From: Felis catus
Taxonomy: Eukaryota
Length of the DNA: 64,000 bases
Direction: 5' to 3'
NCBI RefSeq assembly: GCF_018350175.1
Contig: NC_058368.1
Coordinates: 172,238,001 to 172,302,000, forward strand
The stretch's first letter is position 1. The number at the start of each line of letters is the position of its first letter. Shown here in pieces: positions 25,786 to 39,623 of this stretch. A program made the position numbers and the translations under genes. A model generated the notes under the pieces. It was given only the letters and a program-made list of their open reading frames with translations. It was not told where the DNA came from and searched no databases.

Positions 25786-26048
25786 GGGGCGCCTGGGTGG
25801 CGCAGTCGGTTAAGCGTCCGACTTCAGCCAGGTCACGATCTCGCGGTCCGGGAGTTCGAGCCCCGCGTCAGGCTCTGGGCTGATGGCTCAGAGCCTGGAG
25901 CCTGTTTCCGATTCTGTGTCTCCCTCTCTCTCTGCCCCTCGCCCGTTCATGCTCTGTCTCTCTCTGTCCCAAAAATAAATAAACGTTGAAAACAAAAATG
26001 TTTATAAAAAAATAAATAAATAAACGTTAAAAAAAATTAAAAAAAAAA
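25786..26048 (+). mobile_element. Young CpG-rich feline SINE with a composite tail
   Basis: Near-identical to the copies at 3530, 13035, 46167 and 50821. TSD agaaaaggag. Confidence 0.93.
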
Positions 26049-27487
26049 AGAAAAGGAGGACAGCACCTGGCAGTGAGGGTGAGGGAAGGCCACAGTGCTC
26101 CACCAGGGCCCTCTGACTGGGGCTGGCCAGCAGCCATGCGCAGGAAGCCGAGGGTTGGCTCTGGGAAGGAGCACTCCAGGCAGAAGGAGCAGGGAGACAA
26201 GATGAGCTGGTCAGGCGTGAGGGGCAGCAAGGAGGCCAGTGTGGCCACAGCTGGGGGAAAACGAGGGATGGTTAGGGAGGGGGCCGCCTGAGGTAGGAGA
26301 TGCTCAGCTCTGTGGGGGCCTATTGTCAATGGTCAGGAATCAGGATGTTACTCTGGGTATGAGAGAACAAAGTGTGAGAGTACAGAAATCTGAGGGCAGA
26401 TCCTGTGACTCATATCCCTCTTGCACAGCACCCAGTGAGTTATTCAACAGATGAATAAGGGCCGCCTGTGTGGGCAGAGAACACATACAGGCATTGCGTC
26501 GACAGGGTCCTTTCCACCAGGAGCTCAGTCCCATCAGCAAAGGTACGATCCCTGGCTATAACAAACATAGATTTGTAATGAGGAAAAGGATGGAAAGAGA
26601 GGATTTGAGATTAATGATTTGGAAAAACGAAGCCAGCTCATAGCGCAGACAGGCAGATACTGGTTCCTGGGCAGACAGCCTGAGCTATCGAATGCTCCAA
26701 CAGGAGCCCCGAGAAGCCCCACCAGAAAGATTCCCGGTCCACTAAGGCAGGTTTATCCCCCCCACTCCCCCACTTTGCTTAAGCAACATTGTTGGAGTAT
26801 TGGGCACTGATTTAATTTCATAAAACACTTTCAGAGACATGAATGGAGGGATCAGTATAGGCACATCTCTTTGCTTGAATGGGAACATCTTGGCCGTCAG
26901 CACCTGTCCCACTCCCAAGGCTGGAAGACGGAGTCCAGAAAGGTTTGAGACCCCGATGCTGATAGAGCAGCACGTGGGACTTGAGCCCACAGCTGGGATG
27001 GTCCCAGGAGATTGTGTGTGTTCTAACTTAAGGACTGGGATATGGGTTCAGGTGAGTTTAGAGAGGCAGTTTCAGCCTGAAGCCAAGAGCTTGAGGACCT
27101 AGAAGGTGTCTCCACCCCTCACTCCTTTTCTGTTGAGGTCACATGGGTTTCAGTTTACAGCTCTCAGTGACTTTGCTGGCATTAGGAGCAATCCGTCCTG
27201 CTGACCTCTTCCTTCCTTTTTGAGTTCTCTCTGCCCCGCTGGCTTCCTAAACATGGCTCTCCTCGTTTCCTTCCTACACCTTTGGCTGGCCGACTGCTTG
27301 ATGGACTCACCGACTGCTTTACTTGTTCATTCCAGCAAGCATCTCTGGACACACACCGTGTACCAGGCCTGGTGGTGGGCTCTGGAACTCTATTAGTAGA
27401 TTAAATATACTTCTGCCCAGTGGAGTTTAGTGGGAGAGTCAGTCAAGCAAAGAACTAGAAATATATCATTTAAAATTTCAATTCGAA

Positions 27488-27710
27488 GGGCACCTGGGTG
27501 GTTCGATCGGCTAAGCGTCTGACTTCGGCTCAGCTCATCATCTCACCGTCTATGAGTTCAAGCCCCACATCAGGCTCTGTGCTGACAGCTCAGAGCCTGG
27601 AGCCTGCTTCGGATTCTGTGTCTCCCTCTCTCTCTGCCCCTCCCCTGCTCATGCTCTGTTTCTCTCTCTCTCTCAAAAATAAAAAAACATAAAAAAAAAC
27701 TTTTTTTTTT
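27488..27710 (+). mobile_element. Feline Can-SINE
   Basis: Full element with TSD aaatttcaattc. Confidence 0.92.
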
Positions 27711-27899
27711 AAATTTCAATTCAATAGAAGGAGACAAGTGGGGCAGCGAAGAGTCAACTCAGGAACTTGCACAGACTGGTGCTCACGAGATGCTTTCAGA
27801 GGAGATGCATTTGAACTGAGACTAAAATGATGAGAGGCATGTCCCTGCCAGGGGCTCTATAGAGTCTCCTCTTCAGCTGGCGGCCCCCAAAGCCCAGGC

Positions 27900-29320
27900 T
27901 CCCATTCTCTGTACTCCTCGCTCTATGCATGGCCTCCCACTGCTTCAGCAACTATCTGCAATAACCCAGTGTCTCCTAACTGCTTTCCTTCAGCCTAGAC
28001 CTCTCCTCTTGGCTTCTTATGTATACCTGCTGCCTTCTGAAGCATCTACACCCACAGACTTCGAGACAGACACCTCAGACTTATGCCCACACAAAACATA
28101 TGACCTCCACCCTACACTCCCATCCCCTCAAGTAAAAGAAAACCAAACAAAACTCGAAGCAAAATCACCTGGCTCTTTTTCCTGTGCTCCCGTGTTGGCG
28201 ACTGGCAGCATCATCTGTCTATTGTACAATCCAGACACTTAGAGAACATCTCCATACACACACTTTCTCCTTTCACCCTCTGTTTCTATTCCTTCAGCAG
28301 ATCTTGTCAGTTTTATACCTTTCTGGATCTCAACTACCACCACCCTGATCCTAGAGATAATTGTGCCCACTGAGACATTAGCAATGGTTTCCTAGCTGGC
28401 CTCCCCCATTCATACTTTTTGTTTTTTTTAACGTTTATTTATTATGAAGAGAGAGAGAGACACAGAGTGTGAGCAGGGGAGGGGGAAGTCAGAGGGGGAG
28501 ACATAGAATCCGAAGCAGGCTCTAGGGTCTGAGCTGTCAGCACAGAGCCCGACGTGGGGCTCAAACTCACAAACTGTGAGATCATGACCTGAGCCAAAGT
28601 TGGTTTCCCAACCAACTGAGCCACCCAGGCGCCCCACTTTTTTTTTTTAATGTTTATTTATTTTTGAGTGAGAGAGTGAGAGAGCACACAGTTATGCAAG
28701 CGCATGTGGGGGAAGGGGTGGGGGGTAGCGGGGACAGAGGATACAAAGCAGGCTCTGCACTGACAGCCCGTGAGATCATGACCTGAGCTGAAGTCAGACA
28801 CTTAACCCACTGAGCCACCCAGGCCCCATTCATTCTTGATCCACCAATTCTCTTACTACAGAATGATGGATTCAAAATGCAAATCTGATCATCTCATCCC
28901 CTTCCCACACTACTAAAACCTTTCAGTGGTTTCTTGTGCATCCTTGAATATAGGTCAACCTTCCTCACATGGTCTATAATATCTTGCATGCTATGGCCCC
29001 TACCTATCTCTCCAGCCTCCGTCTCACACCTCTGGGCCCTCCATACACGATGAGCTTTTTTCATCTCCTTGAATGCATCCACTTCCCCCACCCTCCCCTG
29101 AATGCATCTCTTCATTTACTTGGTTAATTTCTACTTACCCTCCAGCTCTCAGCTCAAATGTCACTTCCTAGAGGAAGCTATTCTAGAATCTTAAACTGAA
29201 TCAAATTCCTTTGATAAACTCTCATGGTACTGTGTTCCTAAATTTTATAATGAATATAAATGTGTACTATTAAAGTCTCTCCCCAGTGAAATTTTAGGTT
29301 CCAAGAAAGTTATACTATAT
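27900..29320 (+). mobile_element. L2 remnant interrupted by two SINEs
   Basis: L2-like text (cctagacctctcctc, caaaatgcaaatctgatcat, ctcagctcaaatgtcacttcct). Confidence 0.65.
28416..28827 (-). mobile_element. Two tandem Can-SINEs (about 28416-28635, 28637-28827)
   Basis: Two reverse heads. Outer flanks cattcatact / cattcattct. Confidence 0.9.
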
Positions 29321-29506
29321 TTACACCTCCTTCTCCTTTTTCCTCCACCTCCCCCCTATATGTGACCATTTCCTAAGATATGGTGCTCCTCCTCCTTCTG
29401 ACCCCACATGCTTTGGACCACAGAGATCACCTTACCTCGTAACTTCAAAGGCTTTATCCTCAACCCCAATCTCTCCAAAGATCCAGTTAAGCATCTCCAA
29501 GCAGAC

Positions 29507-29720
29507 CAGTGGTTTTGCAACATTTTGTGGGTTGACTACAGCCCACAGCTGAAACGTTTCATTTGGCAACTTACTACATACGTACACACACTCAACAAAT
29601 AAGTCTCATGAAGCAGTGTTGTCATTCTATTTTTTTCCTATATGATTTCACTTTAAAAGTATTTTTCATATAATCTCAAGATCCACTATCAGGTCACGAC
29701 CTGCAGTTTAAAATACCAGG
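29507..29720. mobile_element. hAT-Charlie-like non-autonomous element
   Basis: Starts cagtggttttgcaa and ends ggtcacgacctgcagtttaaaatacc, resembling Charlie termini. Confidence 0.45.
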
Positions 29721-30239
29721 TATTCCCAGATGGGCATTTCTCTACAACCTCAAACATAACGTATCTATTTCCCAACTCATTTCTCAACCAAACTTCCTGA
29801 CTAAGAAATATGAGCATGTCCTTAGTCACTTAGGATCAACATGTTGGAGTTATTTCAGATTCCTTCTTACCCAACAGTTGCTAAAAACGATGGGTTCTTC
29901 CACTATAATGTGTTGCCACCCATTCCATCCTTCCCATCCCTGCCATCATGGTTCAGATTTTACTCGAACTTGGAACACTACAATAGCCTTTTCCTTACTT
30001 CCAGATTTTTCAAATAGAGGTGGCATATGTTTGAATCACAAATATCAGGGCAGAAAGCTAATTCAGCTCTTCAGTTCCAATAAAGGAGCATATAAGGGAC
30101 CTTCAAATGGATATGCCTTCATCTACTCACCAAACTCCTTGACTAATTACATTTTAATTCAGGCTGCCTCATATTTCTAAAATTCCCATTACAATCCAGA
30201 AACCAAACTCTGGTTTCATGCAATGGCAGGCAGACTCAC

Positions 30240-30382
30240 CCATGTCAGCGGTGACCATGGTGGACTGGTTTTCAGGGATGGAGACAGAGGTCTGGTCTTG
30301 GTCCATGCTTCGAGAGTCTTCGTTGACCTCGTGCTGACTCTGGCTGAGTTCTGATCGCAGTTCTGAGTACTCATCTTCCTCC
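30240..30382 (-). CDS. MCC: MCC internal coding exon C (143 nt, phase 2-1): (R)EEDEYSELRSELSQSQHEVNEDSRSMDQDQTSVSIPENQSTMVTADM(D)
   Basis: Manual translation in phase with exon B. Acceptor ctccttttttctcag, donor G|gtgagt. Contains the SQSQ ATM/ATR-type motif. Confidence 0.96.
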
Positions 30383-30597
30383 CTGAGAAAAAAGGAGAGT
30401 CAGCTACCACTGACAGAGATAGAAGACAAATTCCTAGAGAACATGGCTTTGAAGGGCAGGAAAGAAATTCAGAGAGTAACAGATCTTCCCCACCCTATCC
30501 CCTCAGCCATATGAACTAGCTAGGACTCTTTTCAGGCCAGATAAATGGTTAGTCACATCCACAGTCAGTATGTGAAACTGAAAGGTTGCTTCTGTGT

Positions 30598-30598
<1 letters not shown>

Positions 30599-30634
<36 letters not shown>
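30599..30634. repeat. (CA)18 microsatellite
   Basis: Perfect CA run read directly. Confidence 0.95.
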
Positions 30635-30637
<3 letters not shown>

Positions 30638-31418
30638 AACAAGATTCATCTAACAGCCCACTAGAAACTTTTTTCCTTTAAAGATTTCCTGAAGAAATTA
30701 GATTTCTTCACCTCCTCAAATTCTGAGGTACAAAAGAACCCAAGATCCGAAGCAGTGTTAGTCTGAGTATGGAGGCTACAGTGGGCAAAATAAGCAGGAG
30801 TCTGGTGCACAGGAATGTCACATCCCATCAGCTGGAGAGTCCCACTGGTGGGCTTTCTCCTTGGAAGGGGATGTAAAAAGGTGTTGGGGCTGGAGCTACC
30901 AGAAAACCAGTACCTCACCTGTGCAGATCAAACTGGATGCTTTGAGAGGTATGTCTAATAAATACCACGCTTACTTTCCCCAAAGTAAGTCAGTGGCATT
31001 AGGGGATGGGAAAAGGTGGGGAGAGGAGAAAAATGGACACAGTGAGTGAGTGCACCCCTCTCAGTAGTCTGTTTCCACCAGTTAGCACTTGTAACAGGAA
31101 GACAACATTTAAATGCTGCCATACACACACACACCCACCCCTTCTCAGCCCTTCACAGTCCCTCAGTCTTTGGTTCCTGAATTAGCTATGAGCAAGCGAA
31201 GGAAACTTAAAATTGTACCAAGTCTTTCAAAGCACATGCATGCCTCTTCCTCACGTCACCACCATCACTACACACACAACGAACACAGACGTGGCGAGCA
31301 CAACATTAACTTCCTCTGAAGCATCTACTTTGCAAGTAGATGAGAAGAGCCAGAAGAGAAAAGAAGAGAAAGCCAGAAGAGCCAGAAGAGAAAACTGTCA
31401 GGGGATTTACTATGGGGG

Positions 31419-32620
31419 TGGAAAGCCCATAGGTGTCTATGAAGAAAGCCAAGAAGAGAAGTCCCCTTGGCTTGGCATTCACTTAAAGTAGTTGACAGCA
31501 GGAGGGCAGAAAATCTTCCAGTCTTGGGTTTGGGGTGGACCAAGATGGTGATGGGTGACCACTGGAATTTGCAGAAGAGGCAACTGCCATTTTAAGCTGG
31601 GGAGACACATCTATAAATTAAAGAATGTGAAGAACTCTCCAGAGTTCTTAGTTCACTTCAGAAATCAGTATCCTCACAGGGAAGGAATTCAGCTGAGCCC
31701 CTGCTTTATAAGGTGTTTTTAATAAAAGCCATCCTGAAATCTGGGGAGACTTTGAATAGATATTAAGCCCCCAGACATGCAAAATATGAATTAGAACGGG
31801 AGTAGCGAAGGCAAAAAATATAGGTTAATGTTCTATGAATAAGTTAATTATTAGCCACCTGCAAAGCTAACAATAATTAGGTTTAGGAATGAAAACAATT
31901 AAAAAGTACCTTAAGAGTAGCCTTTTTGGTCCAGAGGGTAATTGTGTCCTGATATATCAGTTCTCCTTTCAATCAGCACTTAGAAATCTGATTTTAGTTA
32001 ACGGGAGGTTTTGTGTGTGATGAATAAATTACCTTTGTTGCATGGCCAATGTAATCAGCTTCAGCTTGGCTGAGACTCTTTTACAGCCAAGAAAGCCAGA
32101 TAAATGCTGCTGTATCTCTGGTATAAATGGCATTTGCAAAATCATTAATAGCCACCTTAAACACTTCTGGCTTGGCAGGTTCTAAAACATACAGTGGCTG
32201 CCAAATCTCCTGCTTTGTAAGGAATTACTTCTAGGGATTATTAGGATGAACTTTATACAGCAGTGAAGAGGGAAGGGGTAGGAAAAGGAGGCTGTTGATT
32301 GCAGGGGCCATTCCTTACCGAGGTCAGAGCACACTCTGAAGGAGAATCACACCATACTAGAAATTTTACCTTAGGCAGAAGACTTTCAGGGTCATGAAAT
32401 GTAAAGCAAGGATCCTTGGTCAATGTATCTGAGCACCAAAATAAGGACAGGAAAGCAAAGACCAGATGGATGCTGTCTTCCAGGAGTCAAATGTGTTCAC
32501 AACAAATTCTAACCTAAGAAGGATGCTGTGTGTGGGCACAGGAGGGGCGTCTGGCACTGCAGGTGAGTAGTGACCAGGGAAGACTCCTGGCTTTCTTCAC
32601 AGACACCTACGGGTTTTCCA
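31419..32620. repeat. Inverted repeat pair (arms 31419-31454 and 32585-32620)
   Basis: 32 of 36 positions identical between the left arm and the reverse complement of the right arm. Confidence 0.85.
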
Positions 32621-35236
32621 TCCTCACCGTTTGTTTTGAATGTGAATGACGATGGGAACGGAGAGGAACAAGTGACCAATATAGCTGAGACCACATGGGG
32701 TGCAGGATAGCAACATGAGGCTGGAGGGAAACTCAGGCTGCATGTTGAGTGGGCAATTTTGATCAGAAGGAGAACTTACTGTACTGGAGGAGGCAAATCA
32801 TGAGGGTTAGATGGTAGAAATAAAAAGAAAATGAGTGAAGTCCAGGAACTCGGAAAGAAGTGTGTGCTGCTGAACTGTCATATGGAAACAGAACAAGCAG
32901 GAGGGAAGTGTGGAAGGTCTAGGTTCTCGACCCCAAAGGGAGGGGCTGAGCTGAGCACACAAAATCTCTGGGTAAGATTCCTCCTTATGGTAATCGTGTT
33001 GAGCACTATAGTACAAACCAGCATGTGCAAACAAAGTAAATAGCAATTAGAGGCAGAAAGCAACCTTGTGAGATCAGGCCAGGTTTTGTAACACGAAGAA
33101 TGAGGTATAAAAATGGTTACACAGAATCTAAATATTAAAGTTTGCGCAACCTTGCTATTTCTCCCACTGACTTTGGTTAAAGAATTCATAGAGCTGCATA
33201 TTCTTATCATCTCCTGAACATCATGACTGGGATCATTCTTGAAAAGAGGCTGGACTCTGGGACTGAGAAAGAACAAAAGCCAATTCGCTCAGGGCCTTTT
33301 GTAAGCTGATAGTCAATCTGTGATTGCAGGATATGTAGAACACTCATGCTTGAGGTCTTCTCTCTACTGTGTTATTCGGGAGCATGGTTCACCCAGAGCA
33401 ATAGAGCGAGAAATCAGAAACATCCCACCGGTGCCAGCAGTTTTACAAAAGCAAGAATATGAGGTGTGTTTTCAAGGCTTCTCTGTGCGACAGGAGTCTT
33501 CTAGTTGGTAAAGATGTGTAGTTAACAACACAGCATCAGTGCCTCAAAGTGACTTCATTGTTTGCTTCTTTCTGTTATGTATACAGTCGCTCTTGGCAAA
33601 TGATAACTTATTTTGGGGGGGTGGGGGAGGAAGAGAACCTCCCCAAAGAACACCAGCTGCCAATGATGCTGGTGAAAAGAAAACATGAAAAGATCCAAGA
33701 AGTGACCATTTTAAGCCAAAAAAAAAAAACCCCAAAGCCAAAAACAAACAAAAAAACCCCAGAAGCTTTGATAAACTGATAACTGTTGATAATTAGACAC
33801 TATTGTGGTAGTTTCGCAATTATGGAATTACAAAGTTCTCAGGTGTCTCTCTTTGGAACATCAAGAATCATCTCACAGAATTCTAAATGTACCTTGTTTC
33901 ATTTCATTCACTTAGAAGCATTTGTGAAGTGCTTCCAAATTGCTCTTAGAGCAGCAATGATTAGTGCTTGCTACTAGCTTAAATGACAAAACAAAAGAAA
34001 AACGCTCCCAAGGAGGCAGGCATTAGATTGTCCCCACCACCTGTGTAACTAAGCAGTGGCAGAAAAGTCCCAGACTGGCAGAGATCTTAGGGCTCATCAA
34101 AGCTGGGATCAATACCTTTATTTTACGAACAAGGCAGTTGAAGCTTCAAGAGGCTTAAGCAGTTTACCCAAGATTCTACAACTAGTGAGCAGTACAGCGT
34201 CACTCCTAAATTTAGGACCAGTGAAACAACAATCAAATATGGTGACCCATGGAAAAGATTTTGTTGTTGTTGACGATGATTTTTAAAGATTCCTTCTCAT
34301 TATTGGCTAGGGATGAAATGATCCCTTTTCGGAAAAGGGAACGGTCAATGAAAGTGTAATTCTTATCCTGCTTTCCAGACCTTAAGCTGAAGTACTATGG
34401 AATTAGTAGTATTTGATATAAATATTATTTCATTAGCAATCCCCATGCCTTTTTATTTTGGCATGCACATTCATGCCTTGTCACTGGATTGATTTGTGAA
34501 TAAGACGTGGATGGACATCTGCCTGCCTTGACACCTGTCAGTCAACTATGTCCAGCTACCCCAGCCTACCTGACCCGGTGGGGAGTTTTGCTGAACTACA
34601 TTCTTCCTTATAAGTAAAGGCAGACTTGCCTTGAAATGCCATCATTCTTTTAAAGAACAAAGATTTTTTTTAGATACAAGGAGGAAATGTATCCCTTTCA
34701 GCTCTTTTAGAAGATCTAAAGCAGGAAATCAGTGATGAGCCCTGATTCTTCCTGCAATTCCATCTCTCCCTATTTTTCCATCTAGCACAAAGCAAGATCA
34801 GTCTCATCTATGAATCTTTTGGTGAATAATTGGGCAAATGGAAAGGTCAGGCTCATGGAGCAGGCATGAGATTTTAGAGGCTAGATTATGTTAGAGTAGA
34901 TGGAGACTTTGGATATTATCTCTGTTGGCAAATGAAGAGCATTTTGCAGACAAAGAGGCAGAAGAGTGAAGTGGGAGGGAGGTAACACAGATAGGCGGGG
35001 TCAGCTTTTTAGGGCTACAGCCCTTCAAGGTGAAAGGTGGGGAGAGAGCACCCAGGGTAAGAGCCAAGGCTGAGGGTCAGTCTTAGGGACAGAAGAAATG
35101 ATCTAGGTCCTAGGAGTTCAAGAAGAACACACCAGGAAGGAGAGACGATTTAGGGGCACAGGCTGCAGAAAAGGACCAGAAACAAGAAAAGGTCACTGGA
35201 GTTTTCAGTTAAGAAGTCACTGGTAGTTTTCAAAGA

Positions 35237-35622
35237 AGTATCATAGCCTAGGCTACTGTATAAAATACTGTGGACTAGCTTAAACAATAGGACCTTATTT
35301 TCTCTTAGTTCTAGACTTTGGTTTGAAGTCCAAACAAAATCAAGGTGCCCACAGGGTCAGTTTCTGGTAAGGGCTTTCTTCCTGGCTTACAGATGGCTGC
35401 CTTGTCACTGTGTCCTTACACGGCAGGGAGAGAGTGTACCTGTGAGCAAGCCCTCTGGTGTCTCTTCTTATAAGGGCACTCACTGCAAGCACCATATGGT
35501 CCCCATCCTCCTGACCTCAACTAAACAGAATTATCTCCCCAAGACCCCAACTCCAAATGCTATAACACTGAGGGGGCAGGGCTTCAACATATGAATTTGG
35601 AGACATAATTCAGTCCCTAGCA
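35237..35622 (-). mobile_element. MLT1 (MaLR) solo LTR
   Basis: cttcaacatatgaatttgg...attcagtccctagca end and tctcttcttataagggcact. 5-bp TSD aaaga at 35232-35236 and 35623-35627. Confidence 0.85.
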
Positions 35623-36069
35623 AAAGAAACTTCAGCAAACTGTTGCACTCAGAAGCCAGACAGCCGTGGGCTAACAAGCAACAGGAAACGGAAGCGGAAA
35701 ACATGACTGATCATGAGAGCCGGCAGTGAAAGGGTGATGTTATGAGAGTAGCTTTTGGGCAAAGCAAATGATCTCCTCAGGAAACAAGAGTTCATGTTTA
35801 ATTTGCTTAGAACCCACCCACCCCTCCATTCCAAAGTGAGCTACTGATGTATTTTTCCATTTTCCCCATCCCATTATATAACCTCTCCAAGTCAGATGAG
35901 CATTTAAAACAGCCATTCATAACATACAGTTAAGTGAAAAAGCATAGATTACAAAACATTGTGTGTGCTATGATCCAATTTATTTAAAATATTCATGAAT
36001 AAAATTTTTTAGAAGGCCATATATACAAAATGTTCAATGTTTATTCCTAGGAGATGGGATTTAGGATGC

Positions 36070-37330
36070 ATTAGGCAGGGTTCTGTTAGGAACATAAACT
36101 ACAGTGGATGTTTCAAGTAGAAGAAATTTAATTTAGGCAGTTCCATGCTTGCATAACGGTTAGAAGAACCAGAAAAGTGTGGGTGGAGGCCACCAGGAGC
36201 TGTCACATTTGCCATCACAGTTGTGGATCCCCCCAGAAGTCAGGTAACTACCTCTGCCTTCACACCTGCCCACAGCTCCAGGCTCTGGCCAGTCAGTGCA
36301 GGACCTCATGCCCACCAAAGCTTATATGTCAGCTGCTGCCATCTTGGCCTGAGTAATAATGGCTCCCACCTCCTTTTCCAAATCCACGTGAAGGCACCTC
36401 ACTGGCAGACAGAACCCAAACTGTATCCAGATCGCAGCTATTAAGGCAATCTGGGAAGTAGTCCCAAGTGTCCAGCCTCTTTGATTCCCGGGAGAGTAGA
36501 GAGGAGGAGTGGGAATGGTACCAGGTGCTAGATAACATGTCACAGGCCACATTCCGTGGCTACTTGACAGCCACCCACGGTTGAAATTTCCAAACTGACA
36601 TTTCCAATTGCAACAGCAATTGACTCCAACCTTCTCTAACTATCTCTCATTCAAATGTAAATGAAGTCACCTTCTCACCAAAATGGGAGACCCAAAGTCC
36701 CAGCAGTTATTGTATCCATTGTCAGGTAACCACTTCTCTTCTAGTTCAGGGGCAAATCCACCTAGATACCGTCTAACCTAACCATCAGACAAGTTTCATC
36801 ACCAATACCAGCTCACCCGATGTGATAGGAGAGAATAAGAAGGTAAAAAAAGGAAATTGGATACATGCATAAACAAGCAAGAAAATATGCACAGCCTTGC
36901 ATCTTTTTTGCAACTGACCATGAGGCTACAGTTGATGTTTCTAACTTCCTTCTTCCACTAGGAAATCCCTATTTCCTTTGTGTTTGGCCAGCATCTTAAT
37001 TGGTTAGAATTCTTTACCTAGTGAAATAATTATAAATCTTTATTCCTGGGGGACCTGAGTGTATATACCTGGCACCCTCTACCTGGGATCAGATTGCTGT
37101 AGAGTGTCCAAGCTTTATCAGACAAGGAGGAGAAGTGCTTCTGCAGAAGGGGAAACTCAGTGGAGTTTGTAGGCTCTAGGAATTGTGATTCATTGAAATC
37201 TACCCCAATGTTTCCATTCAAATTCTCACCATTTCATCTTTTCCTATCAATGCTTAATCTTTACCTAAAAGATGTGATGTGGCCGTGAATTCAACTTACA
37301 CTGGAATTCAGCCACCTGCAGTGTCTGATT
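36070..37330 (-). mobile_element. Highly decayed ERVL/MaLR LTR plus internal remnant
   Basis: Recalled similarity only (ttaggcagggttctg start, caatctgggaagtagt, aacttccttcttccact). Confidence 0.4.
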
Positions 37331-37547
37331 CTTGGCTACATTAGCCCTGTGGCTATAGGAGATGGGAGAGTGTCATGTAGGATAGTCACAGAAGGTCCCA
37401 GTTCTGACTGTGACCTGACATAAAAGTTTAAAACTATGAGATTATCACTTTTCTTACTTAAGCAATTTAGCTTATGGATAGCTTATGTACAGATATATCA
37501 CAGCTTACATAAACTATTCCCATATTATTTTTCAGCATTTCCAATAC

Positions 37548-37761
37548 ATTTTTAAATTTTTTTTAACATTTATTTATTTTTGAGAGACAGAGAGAGACAG
37601 AGCATGAGTGGGGGAGGGGCAGAGACAGAGGAGACACAGAATCCAAAGCAGGTTCCAGGCTCTGAGCAGAGAGCCTGACACGGGACTCGAACTCATGAAC
37701 CGTGAGATCATGACCTGAGCCAAAGTCGGATGCTTAACCGAATGAGCCACCCAGGCGTCCC
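37548..37761 (-). mobile_element. Feline Can-SINE
   Basis: Full element with TSD tccaata(c/a)attt. Confidence 0.92.
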
Positions 37762-39623
37762 TCCAATAAATTTCTAACTCAGGCCCAACTAAAGGGACAA
37801 GAAAGTCTGGAAGGTACTAGTATTGTACCTGACTAGTATGACAATCAATTCTCTAGACCCTGGATATGCTAGGGCATCTGGAGTTCCTTGTAGGTGTGTG
37901 CCTCCTTACCACTCCCACCCCTGCCCAACTTGGTCTAGCACAGTATCTCAGCACATGAGGGCAAACCCATTTCTGGCAGTGCTGGGAGCAGGAGACAAGC
38001 CTTAGCCATGGAAGTCAGAGGACAGGAAGAGCCTTGTCTTACTGGCCCACAGTCTGCAGGGAGACCCCCGAAAGGCGGAGGATAGCTCATTTACATAATG
38101 AAAACTGGCAGAATTTAATGTGACATCTGCACAGATGCAATCTCCCTTTAAATAAAAGGCACCAATAAATGTTTATGGTCAAGAAGCTCACTGTATTTTA
38201 ACATGAAGCCATTTGGCCATTATATTCAATTTAAACATCCTGAAATTGAGTTTTCCAGGTGATGTGTGATGCTTTTTTTCACAACTCACTGAGCCCATTT
38301 TCCCTCACCTTCTCAAGGGTTTAAAAGTGCAACATGTTTTAATGGAAATTACAAATTTACCAATGTACTCTGCCAGCCTCCTATAAGTCGGCTCTAATCA
38401 TTTCTTTGGTCTGAAAATTCTTCTCTGCTCATGCGTTTCTAACCTACAATCACTCCGAAGACCAGGATACAATTTAAAAGACTTGAGGTTCTACATTGGA
38501 ATATGGAATTTATCGTGTGGCTCCAGTTCAGTGTCAAGTTTTCCATGATTTTGCCCAGAAATCAGAGGCCATCAGTACTCTCACCAAGTAGCCCTGTCAT
38601 TCCTGTAACTCTCAGAGTTGGAACAAAATACACCCAAAGTTTCTTCTAACCCACTAGGACTTCTAGAGGGACAGTTTAAAGTAGTTGCCTCTAAATGGCC
38701 ATAATTGTGGCTTGTACAAACATTCAGTGAACAAAGCTCTTTTCTCCAGAAAGGTAGGTGCCAACTGTTTGCTTTCCTCAGGGCTGTTCCCTGAGCACAA
38801 GCAGCATGATAAAAAGCTCTCATCCTTGGCTAAGTCACTCAAGGTAAACCCCTCCTCTGGAAAGCAGGGCAGGCACACGCCAATTAAAATTGTGCTGCGT
38901 GCAGGAGACTTTGGGGCTGATTGATAAGGAAGGCAGGACCACCAAAAGTCACTTTCATGGAAAGACTATTAAGTAAAAGCAGAGAGACTGCGGGTTCTAA
39001 CTCTGCTTCTACCCTCTGCTAAATTTAACTTCAAAGTCATCAACTTCGTATTTTTAAGCTCTCGCCTTTTTGCTAGGTAAAATGATGTATCAAATCTTGC
39101 CCCCCACATTAGGAGTTTTTATAAGGCCACATCAACGTTGGTAGATCAACTCTAGGTGAGCTCAAAATATTAGATTACCTAGAAGCATATGTACTATTTA
39201 GTTATAAGCCACATTCACAGAGCTCTCAAAATCCCCAAGGGAGGCACACAGTTTGCCCATCTAGAGAAGACCACCTAGATTCAAGCAGTGGTAGGGGTGC
39301 TGGTAGGGAGACAGAGGGGCTCCATCCAGAACTGGTTAATAAAGCATTTCACCAACTTCTGGCTCCACACTCTTATCAGTACCTGAGGATTATAACTCCC
39401 ACCCTGGCTACCTTCCAGGACTATCCTGACGATCAAGATGAGAACAGAACAGTGGAGGGGAAAGTGCACGACCGACTATCAATGTAAAGAGAAAGTAGTT
39501 ATCAACAGCAAAAATCTTGGTTGCAAATAAAACATCATTATATTTCATCAGGATGATTTCAACCCCAGGAGCCAGGTCAAAGCCCAGAAGGGCAGAGAGA
39601 AAGCTGCACTAGGAGCCCACTAC

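Noticed and set aside
30216..30410. 64-aa minus-strand ORF over exon C
   Set aside because: Wrong frame of the true MCC exon.
31213..31491. ORF sharing the peptide GKP(I/V)GV.EESQE with ORF 32509..32694
   Set aside because: A by-product of the DNA inverted repeat. No splice or coding support for paralogous peptides.
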